DNA of 64,000 bases from Candidatus Latescibacterota bacterium (GCA_965226795.1 CBDDDZ010000005.1:416001-480000), one strand, 5' to 3'; shown: positions 31,411 through 41,299, numbered from the stretch's first letter. The notes: generated by a model not told the origin, from the letters alone. Numbers and translations: made by a program.

Positions 31411-31447
31411 ATCGGAAGTGGATCGATCCCACCCCACGGCATATTGC

Positions 31448-32374
31448 ATGGATACCCTCAGAAAAGGCGATAATATTCTGGATCTCATCGGCGCAACGCC
31501 GATGGTGCGTCTGAACCGGGTGGTCGATCCGGAGGGTGCTGTCGTCTGGGCCAAGCTGGAGGCGTTCAACCCGGCAGGCAGCGTGAAAGACCGGACGGCG
31601 CTGGCCATGATCGAGGCGGCCGAAGCGCACGGCGACCTGAAGCCCGGAATGAGGATTATAGAGCCCACCAGTGGGAATACGGGCATCGGCCTGGCGATGG
31701 TGGCAGCCGTGAAGGGGTACCGGCTGACGATTACCATGCCGGAAGGCGTCAGCGACGAGCGCCAGAAGTTGCTCAGGGCGCTGGGCGCGGAAGTCGTGTT
31801 GACATCGGCCTTTGACGGGATGCAGGGCACCATCGAAAAGGCGCTGGAACTGGTCGAGGATGGCGCGGAATGTTATATGCCGCAACAGTTTGAAAACCCG
31901 GCCAATCCGGATGTTCACCGCCGCACGACCGCGCGGGAGATCCTGAGGCAGATGGAGGGAGCGCCCGACGTCTTCGTTGCGGGCGTGGGGACGGGTGGGA
32001 CGGTCACCGGCGTTGGAGAGGTCTTGAAGGCGGATTTCCCGGAGACCTGCATTGTCGGCGTTGAGCCCGAGGATTCCGCGGTGTTGTCGGGCGGGCAACC
32101 CGGACCAACGGAGATCGACGGGTTGGGTGCCGGGATGATCCCCGACGTGCTCAATGTGGATATCCTGGACCGTGTAGTTCCGGTTTCCAATACACATGCC
32201 CGCCGGATGGCACGCAGACTGGCGAGGGAAGAGGGCATACTGGCGGGAATTTCCTCGGGGGCGGCGGTGCACGCGGCCGTTGAGATTGCGGCATCCATGA
32301 CGGCTGAAAAGCGGGTGGTGGTCATTCTGCCGGATACGGGCGAACGATACATGGACGCTTTTCTTTTTTCGTAA
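31448..32374 (+). CDS. cysK: Cysteine synthase A
   Basis: IGATPMVRL, KLEAFNPAGSVKDR, EPTSGNTGIGLA, QQFENPAN, GVGTGGT, LPDTGERY. Start placed at MDTLRK. Confidence 0.93.
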   Translation: MDTLRKGDNILDLIGATPMVRLNRVVDPEGAVVWAKLEAFNPAGSVKDRTALAMIEAAEAHGDLKPGMRIIEPTSGNTGIGLAMVAAVKGYRLTITMPEGVSDERQKLLRALGAEVVLTSAFDGMQGTIEKALELVEDGAECYMPQQFENPANPDVHRRTTAREILRQMEGAPDVFVAGVGTGGTVTGVGEVLKADFPETCIVGVEPEDSAVLSGGQPGPTEIDGLGAGMIPDVLNVDILDRVVPVSNTHARRMARRLAREEGILAGISSGAAVHAAVEIAASMTAEKRVVVILPDTGERYMDAFLFS

Positions 32375-32384
32375 ACCCAAGTAA

Positions 32385-32434
32385 ACAAGAAAACGCGCCT
32401 GATGTCTTTATGGACACCGGGCGCGTTTTTGTTT
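32385..32434. terminator. Bidirectional terminator between cysK and rpsT
   Basis: AAAACGCGCCTG..GTC-loop-GAC.CCGGGCGCGTTTT. Confidence 0.8.
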
Positions 32435-32447
32435 CTGGAAATGTTGT

Positions 32448-32699
32448 CTACTGGGCGTTTGCCCGTCGGGCCAGGCTGGATTTGTAACGGGCAGCCGTGT
32501 TTCGATGCAGGACACCCTTTTTTACACTCTTGTCTATGACCGATACCGCCTGCGGCATCAACGTTTCCATTTCCGTTCTGTCACTGGTATTTGCCGCTTT
32601 TTTGAGGACGGTTCTCAGAGCGGAGCGTGCGCTTCTGTTGCGCAGCCAGGCTTTTCGGTTCTGACGAAGCCTTTTATAGGACGATTTAAGCGTGGGCAA
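32448..32699 (-). CDS. rpsT: 30S ribosomal protein S20
   Basis: KSSYKRLRQ, RNRS.RS.LRT, IDKSVKKGVLHRNTAARYKS; TTG start after AAGGAGG. Confidence 0.95.
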   Translation of the reverse strand: MPTLKSSYKRLRQNRKAWLRNRSARSALRTVLKKAANTSDRTEMETLMPQAVSVIDKSVKKGVLHRNTAARYKSSLARRANAQ

Positions 32700-32911
32700 A
32701 ACGTACCTCCTTCGTGCTCCCGCATACGGCAGCGGGCTTTTCAAATTACGGAAAACATAGAAGTCCAAGAATCTAACAATAAAGTCGACTTTCCACAACA
32801 GATTTATTGAAAGTTGTTAAGAAATAGAAAGTTCTAACCCAGGGAGCGTTTGCCTTCCTCCCCCGGCGGGAAAATACGGGGTCTCCACGTTCCATCACCT
32901 CGGCCCGGCTG

Positions 32912-33832
32912 TCAATTGACCGTCAGCAACTCAACCTCAAAAATGAGCGTCGAGCCAGGTGGGATGCTGGGATTTCCACGGTCGCCGTAGGCGAGGTCGG
33001 ACGGTATGAAGAATACGCATTTGGCGCCCTCTTTCATCAACTGCAACCCTTCCGTCCAGCCGCTGATGACCCGATTGAGGGGGAAAGTGGCCGGTTCTCC
33101 GCGTTTGATGGAACTGTCGAATTCGGTGCCGTCGAGGAGCGTACCGCGGTAGTGCACCGTCACTTTGTCGGTGGCCGAGGGCGATTTACCGGAACCCTCT
33201 CTGGTCATCCTGTACTGCAGGCCGCTGGGTTGTTCCACGACGCCCTCTTTCGTTCGGTTATCCGCCAGAAATCGCATGCCCTCTTCTTTGTTCTTCGCGG
33301 CCATCTGTCCGATATTTGGCCGTGAAGCCCGCGCCTTCATCTGTTCCTGCTGCCGGGCGATCATTTTTTGCTTTAATGAAGTCATAGCAGCTTCGATCTC
33401 CTCTTCGGTCATCCGTGTGTCTGTTTTTGATACGCGGTCCTTTACACCGAGCGAGAACGTATCGGGATCAAGATCAACTCCCGTACTCTGGCGCAGGCCG
33501 TTTACGACGTCCCTGCCTATGGCGTAACCCAGAGAATAATTGAGTTTCTGTTTGTCCGGCACGTCTTGCTCCTGGCGATAGGCTAGCAGCGTCTGCTCGA
33601 TTTCGTCGCGGGTGTAGAGGGTCCCCCCGCCAGCCGCCGCTTCTCTGACGCCTTTTCCGTATGCGTCGGCATCAAGGTTTATCTGCATTTTTTCGAGCCC
33701 TTTCGCAACTTCCACGCCAATGGTGCATCCCAGGCTGTAGCTGGTTCTTTCGATGTCCGTCGCCAGTTCCTTCTCTCCGGCTTGGCAGCCTAAAAGAAGC
33801 ACGGAAAGAAGCATTATCCATCCGGGTCTCAT
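32912..33832 (-). CDS. FKBP-type peptidyl-prolyl isomerase lipoprotein (FkpA/Mip-like) with duplicated N-domain
   Basis: Lipobox LLGC; two copies of YSLG..IG...D.D...GV; SGLQY, VHYRGTLLDGTEFDSS, VISGWTEGLQLM, IPPGSTLIFEVEL. Confidence 0.92.
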   Translation of the reverse strand: MRPGWIMLLSVLLLGCQAGEKELATDIERTSYSLGCTIGVEVAKGLEKMQINLDADAYGKGVREAAAGGGTLYTRDEIEQTLLAYRQEQDVPDKQKLNYSLGYAIGRDVVNGLRQSTGVDLDPDTFSLGVKDRVSKTDTRMTEEEIEAAMTSLKQKMIARQQEQMKARASRPNIGQMAAKNKEEGMRFLADNRTKEGVVEQPSGLQYRMTREGSGKSPSATDKVTVHYRGTLLDGTEFDSSIKRGEPATFPLNRVISGWTEGLQLMKEGAKCVFFIPSDLAYGDRGNPSIPPGSTLIFEVELLTVN

Positions 33833-33959
33833 CGAGGTCTCCTATCTGAAAAAGTGTTTCCGCGGCAGGCCAAGGCGTGTCGCGAGATTTCGAGTGCACT
33901 TCGAACGGTCAAGAGGCCCGACCCGGTTTTCGGGAGCGGGCAACGGTTGATACTCACGT

Positions 33960-34727
33960 TCAGCGGATGTAGATCCCGCCATTGGCGTCGATGATTTCAC
34001 CGGTAATGAAACTGCCCTGGTCGGAGGCGAGGAGCATCACGGCGCCAACCATTTCCTCGGGTTTGCCCACGCGTTTCAGAGGTGCGGCCTGTCCGAACGA
34101 ATCGAGCTGTTCGGGTGTGGAGTGCCGGTGCTGCATCGGGGTGTCGATAACGCCGGGCGCGAGAGCGTTGACCCGGATGCCGTGCGGGGCAAGCTCTTTC
34201 GCGAGTCCCCGGGTGAAGGTGTTGACCCCGCCCTTTGCCGTACCGTAAGGCAGGGTGCCCCCCCCGCCGCCGGTATGGCCCGCGACCGAAGAGATATTTA
34301 CAATGGCGCCTGCGCCGTGCTTTTGCATGGCGGGAATGGCCGCGCGGCAGCAGAGAAAAACACTCTTCAGGTTGACGTTGATCATATGGTCCCACAGTTC
34401 GTCCGGGCACTCCGCAATGGGCGCCTTGTCCATCCACTGGCCGGCGTTGTTTACCAGTACATCCAGCCGTCCGCCGAAGATTTCGAGGGTATGGTCCACC
34501 ATGCGCCGGACCTCTATCGCGCTGCAGACGTCCGTCCGCACCGTTTCTATGCGGCCTTCCGACGTGGAGGCGTCTTCTTTGAGCGCGTCCGCGCCTGCCT
34601 TGTTGCTATTGTACGTGGCCACGACCGAAGCGCCTTCGTTCGCCAGGGCGAGCGCGACGGCCTTGCCGATGCCGCTGCTGGCACCAGTAACGATAGCGAC
34701 TCTGCCGGTGAATTGTCGGTGGCTCAT
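33960..34727 (-). CDS. Short-chain dehydrogenase/reductase
   Basis: TGASSGIG, NNAG, YGTAK, IRVNALAPG. Confidence 0.92.
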   Translation of the reverse strand: MSHRQFTGRVAIVTGASSGIGKAVALALANEGASVVATYNSNKAGADALKEDASTSEGRIETVRTDVCSAIEVRRMVDHTLEIFGGRLDVLVNNAGQWMDKAPIAECPDELWDHMINVNLKSVFLCCRAAIPAMQKHGAGAIVNISSVAGHTGGGGGTLPYGTAKGGVNTFTRGLAKELAPHGIRVNALAPGVIDTPMQHRHSTPEQLDSFGQAAPLKRVGKPEEMVGAVMLLASDQGSFITGEIIDANGGIYIR

Positions 34728-34818
34728 ATCAGTCCTCTCTCCTCGTCGAATGACCCTGGCGTGGGATCCCGCGGCGCGTCATCCGCGTGTCCCGTCGACG
34801 GGGGCCCATCAAGGGATG

Positions 34819-35586
34819 TCAGGGCTTGTCAAAAAGCTTCTTCCAGTCCGAAAAGGCCATCTGCCCGCCGTCCGCAACAAGGGTCTGTCCGGTAATGAAC
34901 CGGGCGTCCGGGGTGGTGAGGAAGTACGTGATGCCCGCGATTTCCTCGGGTTCGCCGTAGCGGCCCTGCGGTATCAACTTGAGGTAGTTGGCCAGGGTCT
35001 CCTTGTCGTCCAACAGGTCATCGTTTGCGGGCGTGTTGATGACGCCCGGGCAGATGGCGTTGACGCGGACGTTGTGCGGCGCGAATTCTCCCGCCGCGGT
35101 TCGGGTCAAGGCAACGAGAGCCGCTTTGGAGGAGTCGTAGGCGGCGGAGCCCTTACTGGAGACCATCGCGTTGCGGGAGGCGATATTGACGACGACGCCG
35201 TCACCGCGTTCGATCATTCCAGGCGCGATCTCCCGGGTAAGGATGAACGGAGCGGTGGTATTGATCCGGAAGATTTCCTCCCATCTGTCAAGGGGGATGT
35301 CGACCAGGGGCTCGTAGCACCAGGCTCCGGCATTGTTGACAAGGACATCGAGGGTTCCGTGTTCTCCGGTGAGTCGCGCCACCAGTTCAGGGATGGCCTC
35401 CAGGTTGTTCAGGTCGAAGACGCATGGTATGGTGTTGGAACCACATACGGCCAGTTTCTGAAGGGCGCCTTCCAAACGGTCGAGAGCGATGACGCGGTGG
35501 CCTTCGGCAGCAAACCGTTCCGCAATGGCCCTACCGATGCCGCTGGCGGCGCCGGTGACGAGAACCAGCCTGCCAGGTCGATTCAT
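34819..35586 (-). CDS. Short-chain dehydrogenase/reductase
   Basis: TGAASGIG, NNAG, YDSSK, VRVNAICPG. Confidence 0.92.
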   Translation of the reverse strand: MNRPGRLVLVTGAASGIGRAIAERFAAEGHRVIALDRLEGALQKLAVCGSNTIPCVFDLNNLEAIPELVARLTGEHGTLDVLVNNAGAWCYEPLVDIPLDRWEEIFRINTTAPFILTREIAPGMIERGDGVVVNIASRNAMVSSKGSAAYDSSKAALVALTRTAAGEFAPHNVRVNAICPGVINTPANDDLLDDKETLANYLKLIPQGRYGEPEEIAGITYFLTTPDARFITGQTLVADGGQMAFSDWKKLFDKP

Positions 35587-35682
35587 GGACTAACGCCTTC
35601 AGATTGACGGACGACTCCGGAACGTGGGACGATTTAGGACGCTGAATGTCCCGGCCATCCGACCGCGTTGTTAATCAGTGCG

Positions 35683-36885
35683 TTATAGCCAGCCCGCGAT
35701 CGTCCACATGGCGCTCAGCCGGCCGAACGGTGCGTTGACGAGTTCTCGGGCGTCGGCCACGGGGTCGCCGCCGTAGTAGCGATTGAATTCGGCGCGGATG
35801 CGTTCTTCCAGGCTCGTGGTATCGGCCAGCGGGAAGTCAACCCACCCTCCCCCTGTGTCGGCGCTTTCGCGCAGTGCCACCCACATTTCATAGTCCAACC
35901 GACCGCCGGCCGCGCCGTATTGTGGACCTGTGTTACGGGTGGCAGCTGTGTGCAGACTCTCGAGGATGGCGGCTTTGGCCACGTCGTCCTGGCTGGAAAT
36001 CTTGTACTGTTTGTAGGGGTTATCCCAGGCGAGGGGAGGGTCCGTGTCCACCTGAACCCTCGCGAGGATCCGTTCTCCATCGACTTCCTCGTATATTTCG
36101 TGGATGGGATAGATCTGGCGCCCACCGGTGTTGTAAAGGGTGAGTTCGCCGCCGGAGAGGTAACCATTTATGCCTTCGATGTCCCAATTCATGCCGGATG
36201 AGGCGCCGGGGATGGTTGGCATTTCGTAGATGCACGCCACGTCGTTCTCGAATTCGATCACACCGCTTTCCCACCAGCGGGTCGTTTCGTCCCCCCCGGC
36301 GTAGTTCTTGTAGGGCGGCACCTCTACGGCCTGGGCGAAACCCATCGCGCGCCGGGGTTTGCTGTCCAGGATCGTGCGGACGGCGTTCAGGCCATGGTAA
36401 CTGCCTGCGGGATACCGGAGACGGGCGTGAGTGAGCTTGCCCAGGACGCCGGCCCGCGCGATTTTCTGTTTGAGCCGCTCGTTGGGCCAGAGCCAGACGT
36501 TTTCGGCGACTTCCCATTTCAGGCCATTTGCCCTCGCCGCGTGGTCGATTGCGTCACCCATGTCCCGGGTGAGCGCATAGGGGATTTCGGTGATGATATG
36601 GCAGCCGTATTCGATGCCCGCAAGGGCGGCCACCGTCTGGCCGTCGGTAGGGAGCAGGACAAAAAAGACATCCGGCCTCTGTTCCTCGAGCAGCGATTCG
36701 ATACACGTATAGCGCGCCGACACGTCAAACAACTCGCCCGCGGCGTGCAGGGCCTCTTCACCGGCGTCGCAGATGGCGCAGAGGTCGTATAGATGCGCGA
36801 GTTTCCGAATGGTGGCCAGGTAGCCTCTGGCACGGGAGCCCTCCTGGGCGCCGACACCGGCAACGGCCATACGCAGCGTGGACAT
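35683..36885 (-). CDS. Gfo/Idh/MocA family oxidoreductase
   Basis: Rossmann start MAVAGVG, AICD, PD.....PT, HIITEIP (variant of the EKP motif), VAEN. Confidence 0.8.
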   Translation of the reverse strand: MSTLRMAVAGVGAQEGSRARGYLATIRKLAHLYDLCAICDAGEEALHAAGELFDVSARYTCIESLLEEQRPDVFFVLLPTDGQTVAALAGIEYGCHIITEIPYALTRDMGDAIDHAARANGLKWEVAENVWLWPNERLKQKIARAGVLGKLTHARLRYPAGSYHGLNAVRTILDSKPRRAMGFAQAVEVPPYKNYAGGDETTRWWESGVIEFENDVACIYEMPTIPGASSGMNWDIEGINGYLSGGELTLYNTGGRQIYPIHEIYEEVDGERILARVQVDTDPPLAWDNPYKQYKISSQDDVAKAAILESLHTAATRNTGPQYGAAGGRLDYEMWVALRESADTGGGWVDFPLADTTSLEERIRAEFNRYYGGDPVADARELVNAPFGRLSAMWTIAGWL

Positions 36886-37031
36886 GTGGTGAGTTCCTTG
36901 GGGTTACCTGCGATTACGGCCCGACCGGCCGCTTTGAACCTGAGATCGGGTTACGGGATGTGGGGCGGATCGACAACGGCATACGGTCTGGAGAGTTTCA
37001 ACGGAAAACGCCGGCGTAGCGTTCCACTCCG

Positions 37032-37841
37032 TCAGTAGACGCAATCCTCCGCGCTGTCATGCGGGACAAAGCCGAGTATTTCCCTGGCGTGGTCCATGTC
37101 TACCCAGCAGTACCTGTTGTTGGAGATGCTGTAGAAGATGTCAAATCGCAGATCATCCGGCGCGTTGATACAGTCTTCGGTGATCCGAACGACGTCGCGC
37201 TGGCTGCACCAGACCGCGGAAAATTCGGGGCTGGCCGGCCGGTCTTCAGCGTTGACAGCCCCGATACGCAGGGAAATGCACGAGAGCCCATGAACGTCCG
37301 AGTAGATTCGAGCCAGGGCTTCACCCCAGACCTTGCTGGCGGAATAGGGTTCCGTGGGCCGCGTCGGTTGTTTATGCGTAACGATGGGTATGGGATCGGG
37401 AACGTCGTCGAATCGACATTCTCTAATGGCCTTGTAGGGTTCGTCGGTCTGATAGCCCCAGTTGGTCATGATGGAACTGGCGTAAACGATCCGTCTGACC
37501 CCTGCGACGCGGCACGCTTCGAAGACGTTGTATGCGCCGATCACGTTGCTGTTCAGAATGTTGTCCCAACTCGCATCAGGACGGGGATCAGCGGCCATCT
37601 GGACGACGGTGTCCATGCCGTTGACGGCTCTCTCCATGGCCTGCATGTCGGAGAGATCCGCGAGGTGGAATTTGTCGTCGGGGATGTTGAGCACACGCGC
37701 GTCGGGCGACCTGTCGGACGGATAGCGCCTGCGCGCGAGGGCGTAGGTCTCGTACCTGTCCGGCGACTGTATCAAATGTTCGTAAATGGCGCCGGGTATG
37801 AGGCCGTATACGCCGGTGACGAGAACTTTTCGGGGGGGCAT
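37032..37841 (-). CDS. NAD-dependent epimerase/dehydrogenase (uronate dehydrogenase-like)
   Basis: VLVTG..GLI, NV.GAYNVFEA, YASS, YSASKVWGE, LRIG. Confidence 0.8.
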   Translation of the reverse strand: MPPRKVLVTGVYGLIPGAIYEHLIQSPDRYETYALARRRYPSDRSPDARVLNIPDDKFHLADLSDMQAMERAVNGMDTVVQMAADPRPDASWDNILNSNVIGAYNVFEACRVAGVRRIVYASSIMTNWGYQTDEPYKAIRECRFDDVPDPIPIVTHKQPTRPTEPYSASKVWGEALARIYSDVHGLSCISLRIGAVNAEDRPASPEFSAVWCSQRDVVRITEDCINAPDDLRFDIFYSISNNRYCWVDMDHAREILGFVPHDSAEDCVY

Positions 37842-38188
37842 GTCACCTCCAGCAAGGGATGTGTTCGTGAAAAAATACGGCCAGGATGAATATCCGCATT
37901 TACACTGGAAATCCTTGTATTACAACCACTTGTACACATAAATCGGATTTCCGAAACGCCCCCGGCCACCGGAAGCGTTCCACTTCGATACCCAAATTAA
38001 GTTAACGTAAATATGTAAATAACGAAAGAAAAAACGCAACTGCTCGCCTCAGGGTCGGGGCGGATGGAGACAGTGGAAATCCTGCGGTTTCGAGCCTTCG
38101 CGCCCACCGAGCGCTGGCAGGTGGACCCAGCCGGCCGGTCGTCGAGAGTGTACTTCAGGGCGCGTATTCAGGGAGGAATTGAATTTCG

Positions 38189-38216
38189 TTGACACACGCC
38201 AGAACGAATCTATATT
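38189..38216 (+). promoter_or_regulatory. Sigma70 promoter upstream of structured RNA / pyrH-like gene
   Basis: TTGACA-16nt-TATATT. Confidence 0.65.
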
Positions 38217-38221
38217 AAGCC

Positions 38222-38382
38222 AGTGTGGCAACGCTTCCAGGTAGAGAAAAGGATTATCGGCTTCCGAAATCCCGTGCGCGGGTCCCCACACGCCCGCGGC
38301 AATCACGAGATTCACCGACCTTCCCCGGGCCGAACTGAAACGCGTCCTGCCTTTCCTGGAGCCGGATCCCACTTCTCTTTTT
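38222..38382 (+). ncRNA. Candidate rod-shaped structured RNA (~150 nt), family unassigned
   Basis: Six nested helices (listed in findings), beginning at the predicted TSS and ending in a pyrimidine/U run. Confidence 0.5.
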
Positions 38383-38441
38383 CCCCCGATATTCATTCCC
38401 TATTTTTCTTCCCATCTGCTCTCCGGAGTATACAAGAAAAA

Positions 38442-39176
38442 ATGAGATACGGGCGAATAGTCCTCAAGTTGAGCGGCGCGGCCGTCTCGGGTGACAGGGA
38501 ATTCGGATTTGATCCTGTGGCGCTGGACTACATAGCGGATGAGATCCTGGCCGTTCACAGGCTCGGCGTCGGCGTCGGTGTCGTGATCGGAGGCGGTAAC
38601 ATTTTCAGAGGGATGCTCGGCGCACAGTGGGGTATCGAAGAGTCTGAAGCCCACAACATCGGAATGCTGGGTACGATTGTAAACAGCCTGATGTTGCGCG
38701 GCGTGATGACCGCCAGGAGCAACGCGGAAGTGCGCGTGATGACGGCAATTCCCATCAACGCGGTCGCTGAACCCTTCATCCGGCTGCGCGCCATCCACCA
38801 TATCGAAAAGGGCTATATCGTGATCTTCGCAGGGGGTATCGGCAATCCCTACGTCACAACGGACTATCCCGGGGTGCAGCGGGCCCTCGAGATCCGGGCC
38901 GATGCCATTCTTTTCGCGAAGCACAGGACGGCCGGAGTCTATACCGACGACCCCAACAGGAGTCCCGATGCGCGACTGTATCGCCGCGTCGGATACGATA
39001 CCGTCGTACGGGAAAATCTGGGCGCGCTGGATCAGTCCGCGGTGATTCTCGCCCGCGACAACCGGCTTCCCATCCATGTTTTCGATTTTGACACGAAGGG
39101 GACCATGCGCCGGATTCTGGAGGGCGAGGATCTGGGCACGCTGATCACACAAGGTTCCGAGGACGAGCTGGAATAG
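38442..39176 (+). CDS. pyrH: UMP kinase, divergent PyrH-type
   Basis: RIVLKLSG, VIGGGNIFRG, GMLGT..N, EPFIRLRA, IFAGG.GNPYVTTD, GVYTDDP. Start placed at MRYGRI. Confidence 0.85.
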   Translation: MRYGRIVLKLSGAAVSGDREFGFDPVALDYIADEILAVHRLGVGVGVVIGGGNIFRGMLGAQWGIEESEAHNIGMLGTIVNSLMLRGVMTARSNAEVRVMTAIPINAVAEPFIRLRAIHHIEKGYIVIFAGGIGNPYVTTDYPGVQRALEIRADAILFAKHRTAGVYTDDPNRSPDARLYRRVGYDTVVRENLGALDQSAVILARDNRLPIHVFDFDTKGTMRRILEGEDLGTLITQGSEDELE

Positions 39177-39311
39177 CGGCTGTCTGAATTCGCCGGACGT
39201 GTCATGCTGTGGTTGGACGGCCGAATTTCGGCAATCTATTTCCGGGACACAACACATGTCGTGCTCCGCGGTTGAACGTCCACGCTTCCTTATAACGGGA
39301 GTTCCGTACAG

Positions 39312-40592
39312 ATGAAAGTGTTGATTGTGGGCAAGGGAGGCCGCGAGCACACGTTTGCGTGGAAAATTGCCCAGAGTCCGAAGGTGAGTCGCCTCTTTGC
39401 CGCTCCCGGCAACCCCGGTATGGCCGAACAGGCCACCTGCGTGGATATCGGTGTCGACGACCTGGACGGTCTGGTGGCATTTGCACAACGGGAGCGTATC
39501 GATTTGACGGTCGTAGGGCCGGAGGACCCGCTTGCAAACGGGCTTACAGACCGGTTCGAGGCCGTGGGCCTTCGGGTGTTCGGACCCTCGCGGAGGGCGG
39601 CCCAGATTGAGGCCGATAAGGACTTCGCGCTCCGCATCATGCACAAATATGGCATTCCCACCGGGCAGTATCGGACGTTCACCGACCCGGACACCGCGCG
39701 GGGGTTCGTGAAGGATTGGGGAGCGCCTGTGGTATTGAAAGCCGCGGGACTGGCTGCCGGAAAGGGTGCGCTGGTGTGCTACTCGGTGGATGAGGCGCTG
39801 CGTGCCGTCGACCGCGTACTGGTGGACCGGGAATTCGGCGCCGCGGGAGACAAGCTGGTGCTGATGGAATACCTGGAGGGTGAGGAAGCGTCGATTACGG
39901 GTTTTACGGATGGGGAACACGTGGTGTGCATCGTGCCGTCCCAGGATCACAAGACCATCGGTGAGGGCGATACCGGACCCAATACGGGCGGGATGGGCGC
40001 CTACGCACCGGCACCCGTGGTGACGCAGGAAGTGCAAACCGCCATTCTGGAACGCGTGATGCTTCCCACCGTGAAGGCGCTTGCCGCGGAAGGGCGGCCC
40101 TATAAGGGAATCCTATACGGCGGTTTGATTATTACTGAAACCGGTCCCCGGGTCATCGAATTCAACTGCCGCCTGGGCGACCCGGAGGCACAGGTGGTGC
40201 TCCCTCTGCTAAAGACCGATCTGGTGGATATCATTGAGGCCGTATTCGAAGGCACCCTCGAAGACCTGAAAATTGAACTGGACAACCGGGCCGCGACTTG
40301 CGTGGTACTGGCTTCCGGAGGATATCCGGGCGAGTACGAAACGGGTTTTGAGATATCCGGCCTGGACGAGGCGGAAGCCCTGGACGACGTACTGGTGTTT
40401 CACGCGGGCACGTCGCGCGACGAAGGGGCGACGGTGACCAACGGCGGCCGGGTTCTGGGTGTCACGGCCATCGGTCAGAATATTCAGGCTTCGGTCAATC
40501 GGGCCTACGAGGCAATCGAGAAGGTTCAATTCGATAACGTGTATTACCGGAGGGACATCGGATACCGGACGTTGGAACGTCTGGAAATTTGA
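39312..40592 (+). CDS. purD: Phosphoribosylamine-glycine ligase
   Basis: G.GGREH, APGNPG, VVGPEDPL, KAAGLAAGKG, QDHK, GPNTGGMGAY, EFNCRLGDPE. Confidence 0.97.
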   Translation: MKVLIVGKGGREHTFAWKIAQSPKVSRLFAAPGNPGMAEQATCVDIGVDDLDGLVAFAQRERIDLTVVGPEDPLANGLTDRFEAVGLRVFGPSRRAAQIEADKDFALRIMHKYGIPTGQYRTFTDPDTARGFVKDWGAPVVLKAAGLAAGKGALVCYSVDEALRAVDRVLVDREFGAAGDKLVLMEYLEGEEASITGFTDGEHVVCIVPSQDHKTIGEGDTGPNTGGMGAYAPAPVVTQEVQTAILERVMLPTVKALAAEGRPYKGILYGGLIITETGPRVIEFNCRLGDPEAQVVLPLLKTDLVDIIEAVFEGTLEDLKIELDNRAATCVVLASGGYPGEYETGFEISGLDEAEALDDVLVFHAGTSRDEGATVTNGGRVLGVTAIGQNIQASVNRAYEAIEKVQFDNVYYRRDIGYRTLERLEI

Positions 40593-40742
40593 GAGCGCTC
40601 TGAGAAGTCGCACCTGGCGTCGTGCCGTTGCTCGACAACGTCTTTGTTCGGTCGACTACAGGGTGGGCGCGGCGATTCGGCTTTGGTCTGGACGCAGAGG
40701 CCGTTTCGAATGGTGAAGTCGTCATAAAGGAGGAAGAGGACT

Positions 40743-41189
40743 GTGGTTGGTATAATTATGGGTAGCAAGTCCGATAAACCGATCATGCAGAAAGCAATGC
40801 CCATTCTGGATGAACTGGGCATCGCGTACGAGATGACCGTGTCGTCCGCGCATCGGAATCCCGATCGGACGGGCGAGTATGCGCGCACGGCGGAAGCGCG
40901 CGGTCTGAAAGTCATTATCGCGGGGGCGGGATTGGCGGCGGCGCTGCCGGGCGTGATGGCGGCGCACACCACGTTGCCCGTGATTGGGGTGCCGATCGCC
41001 TCCGGCGCGCTGAACGGCATCGATTCGCTGTACGCAATCGTGCAGATGCCGCCCGGAGTGCCGGTTGGCTGCGTGGGGATCGACAATGCGCGAAATGCGG
41101 CCGTGCTGGCCGCGCAGATCATCGCGCAGACGGACGCGGGGGTAAAAGAGAAGCTGAAGGCCTACAAACAACGCCTCGCGGAGGGATAG
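40743..41189 (+). CDS. purE: N5-CAIR mutase
   Basis: [39 protein letters not shown]. Confidence 0.96.
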   Translation: MVGIIMGSKSDKPIMQKAMPILDELGIAYEMTVSSAHRNPDRTGEYARTAEARGLKVIIAGAGLAAALPGVMAAHTTLPVIGVPIASGALNGIDSLYAIVQMPPGVPVGCVGIDNARNAAVLAAQIIAQTDAGVKEKLKAYKQRLAEG

Positions 41190-41299
41190 TACCGGGGGTT
41201 TTTGGGACGTTGTACCCGGCGCGCGGAGGTAACGGATCTATCCGTTGGAGTCAGCGTGAGTTCGGATGATACCACCAATTGGTCTCATTCCACTTTCGC

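Noticed and set aside
37990..38030. dif site or origin-like AT-rich patch
   Set aside because: Poor match to XerC/XerD arms, no DnaA-box cluster seen; more likely a divergent promoter region.
38222..38382. T-box, cobalamin or PyrR element
   Set aside because: No UGGNACC T-box sequence, no GCCACUG B12 box, no ARUCCNGNGAGG PyrR loop; kept only as an unassigned structured RNA.
38400..40037. Long antisense ORFs (545 aa here; also 34255-35607, 48494-49774, 20435-21526, 31247-32380)
   Set aside because: Shadow frames of well-supported GC-rich genes with no recognisable motifs.
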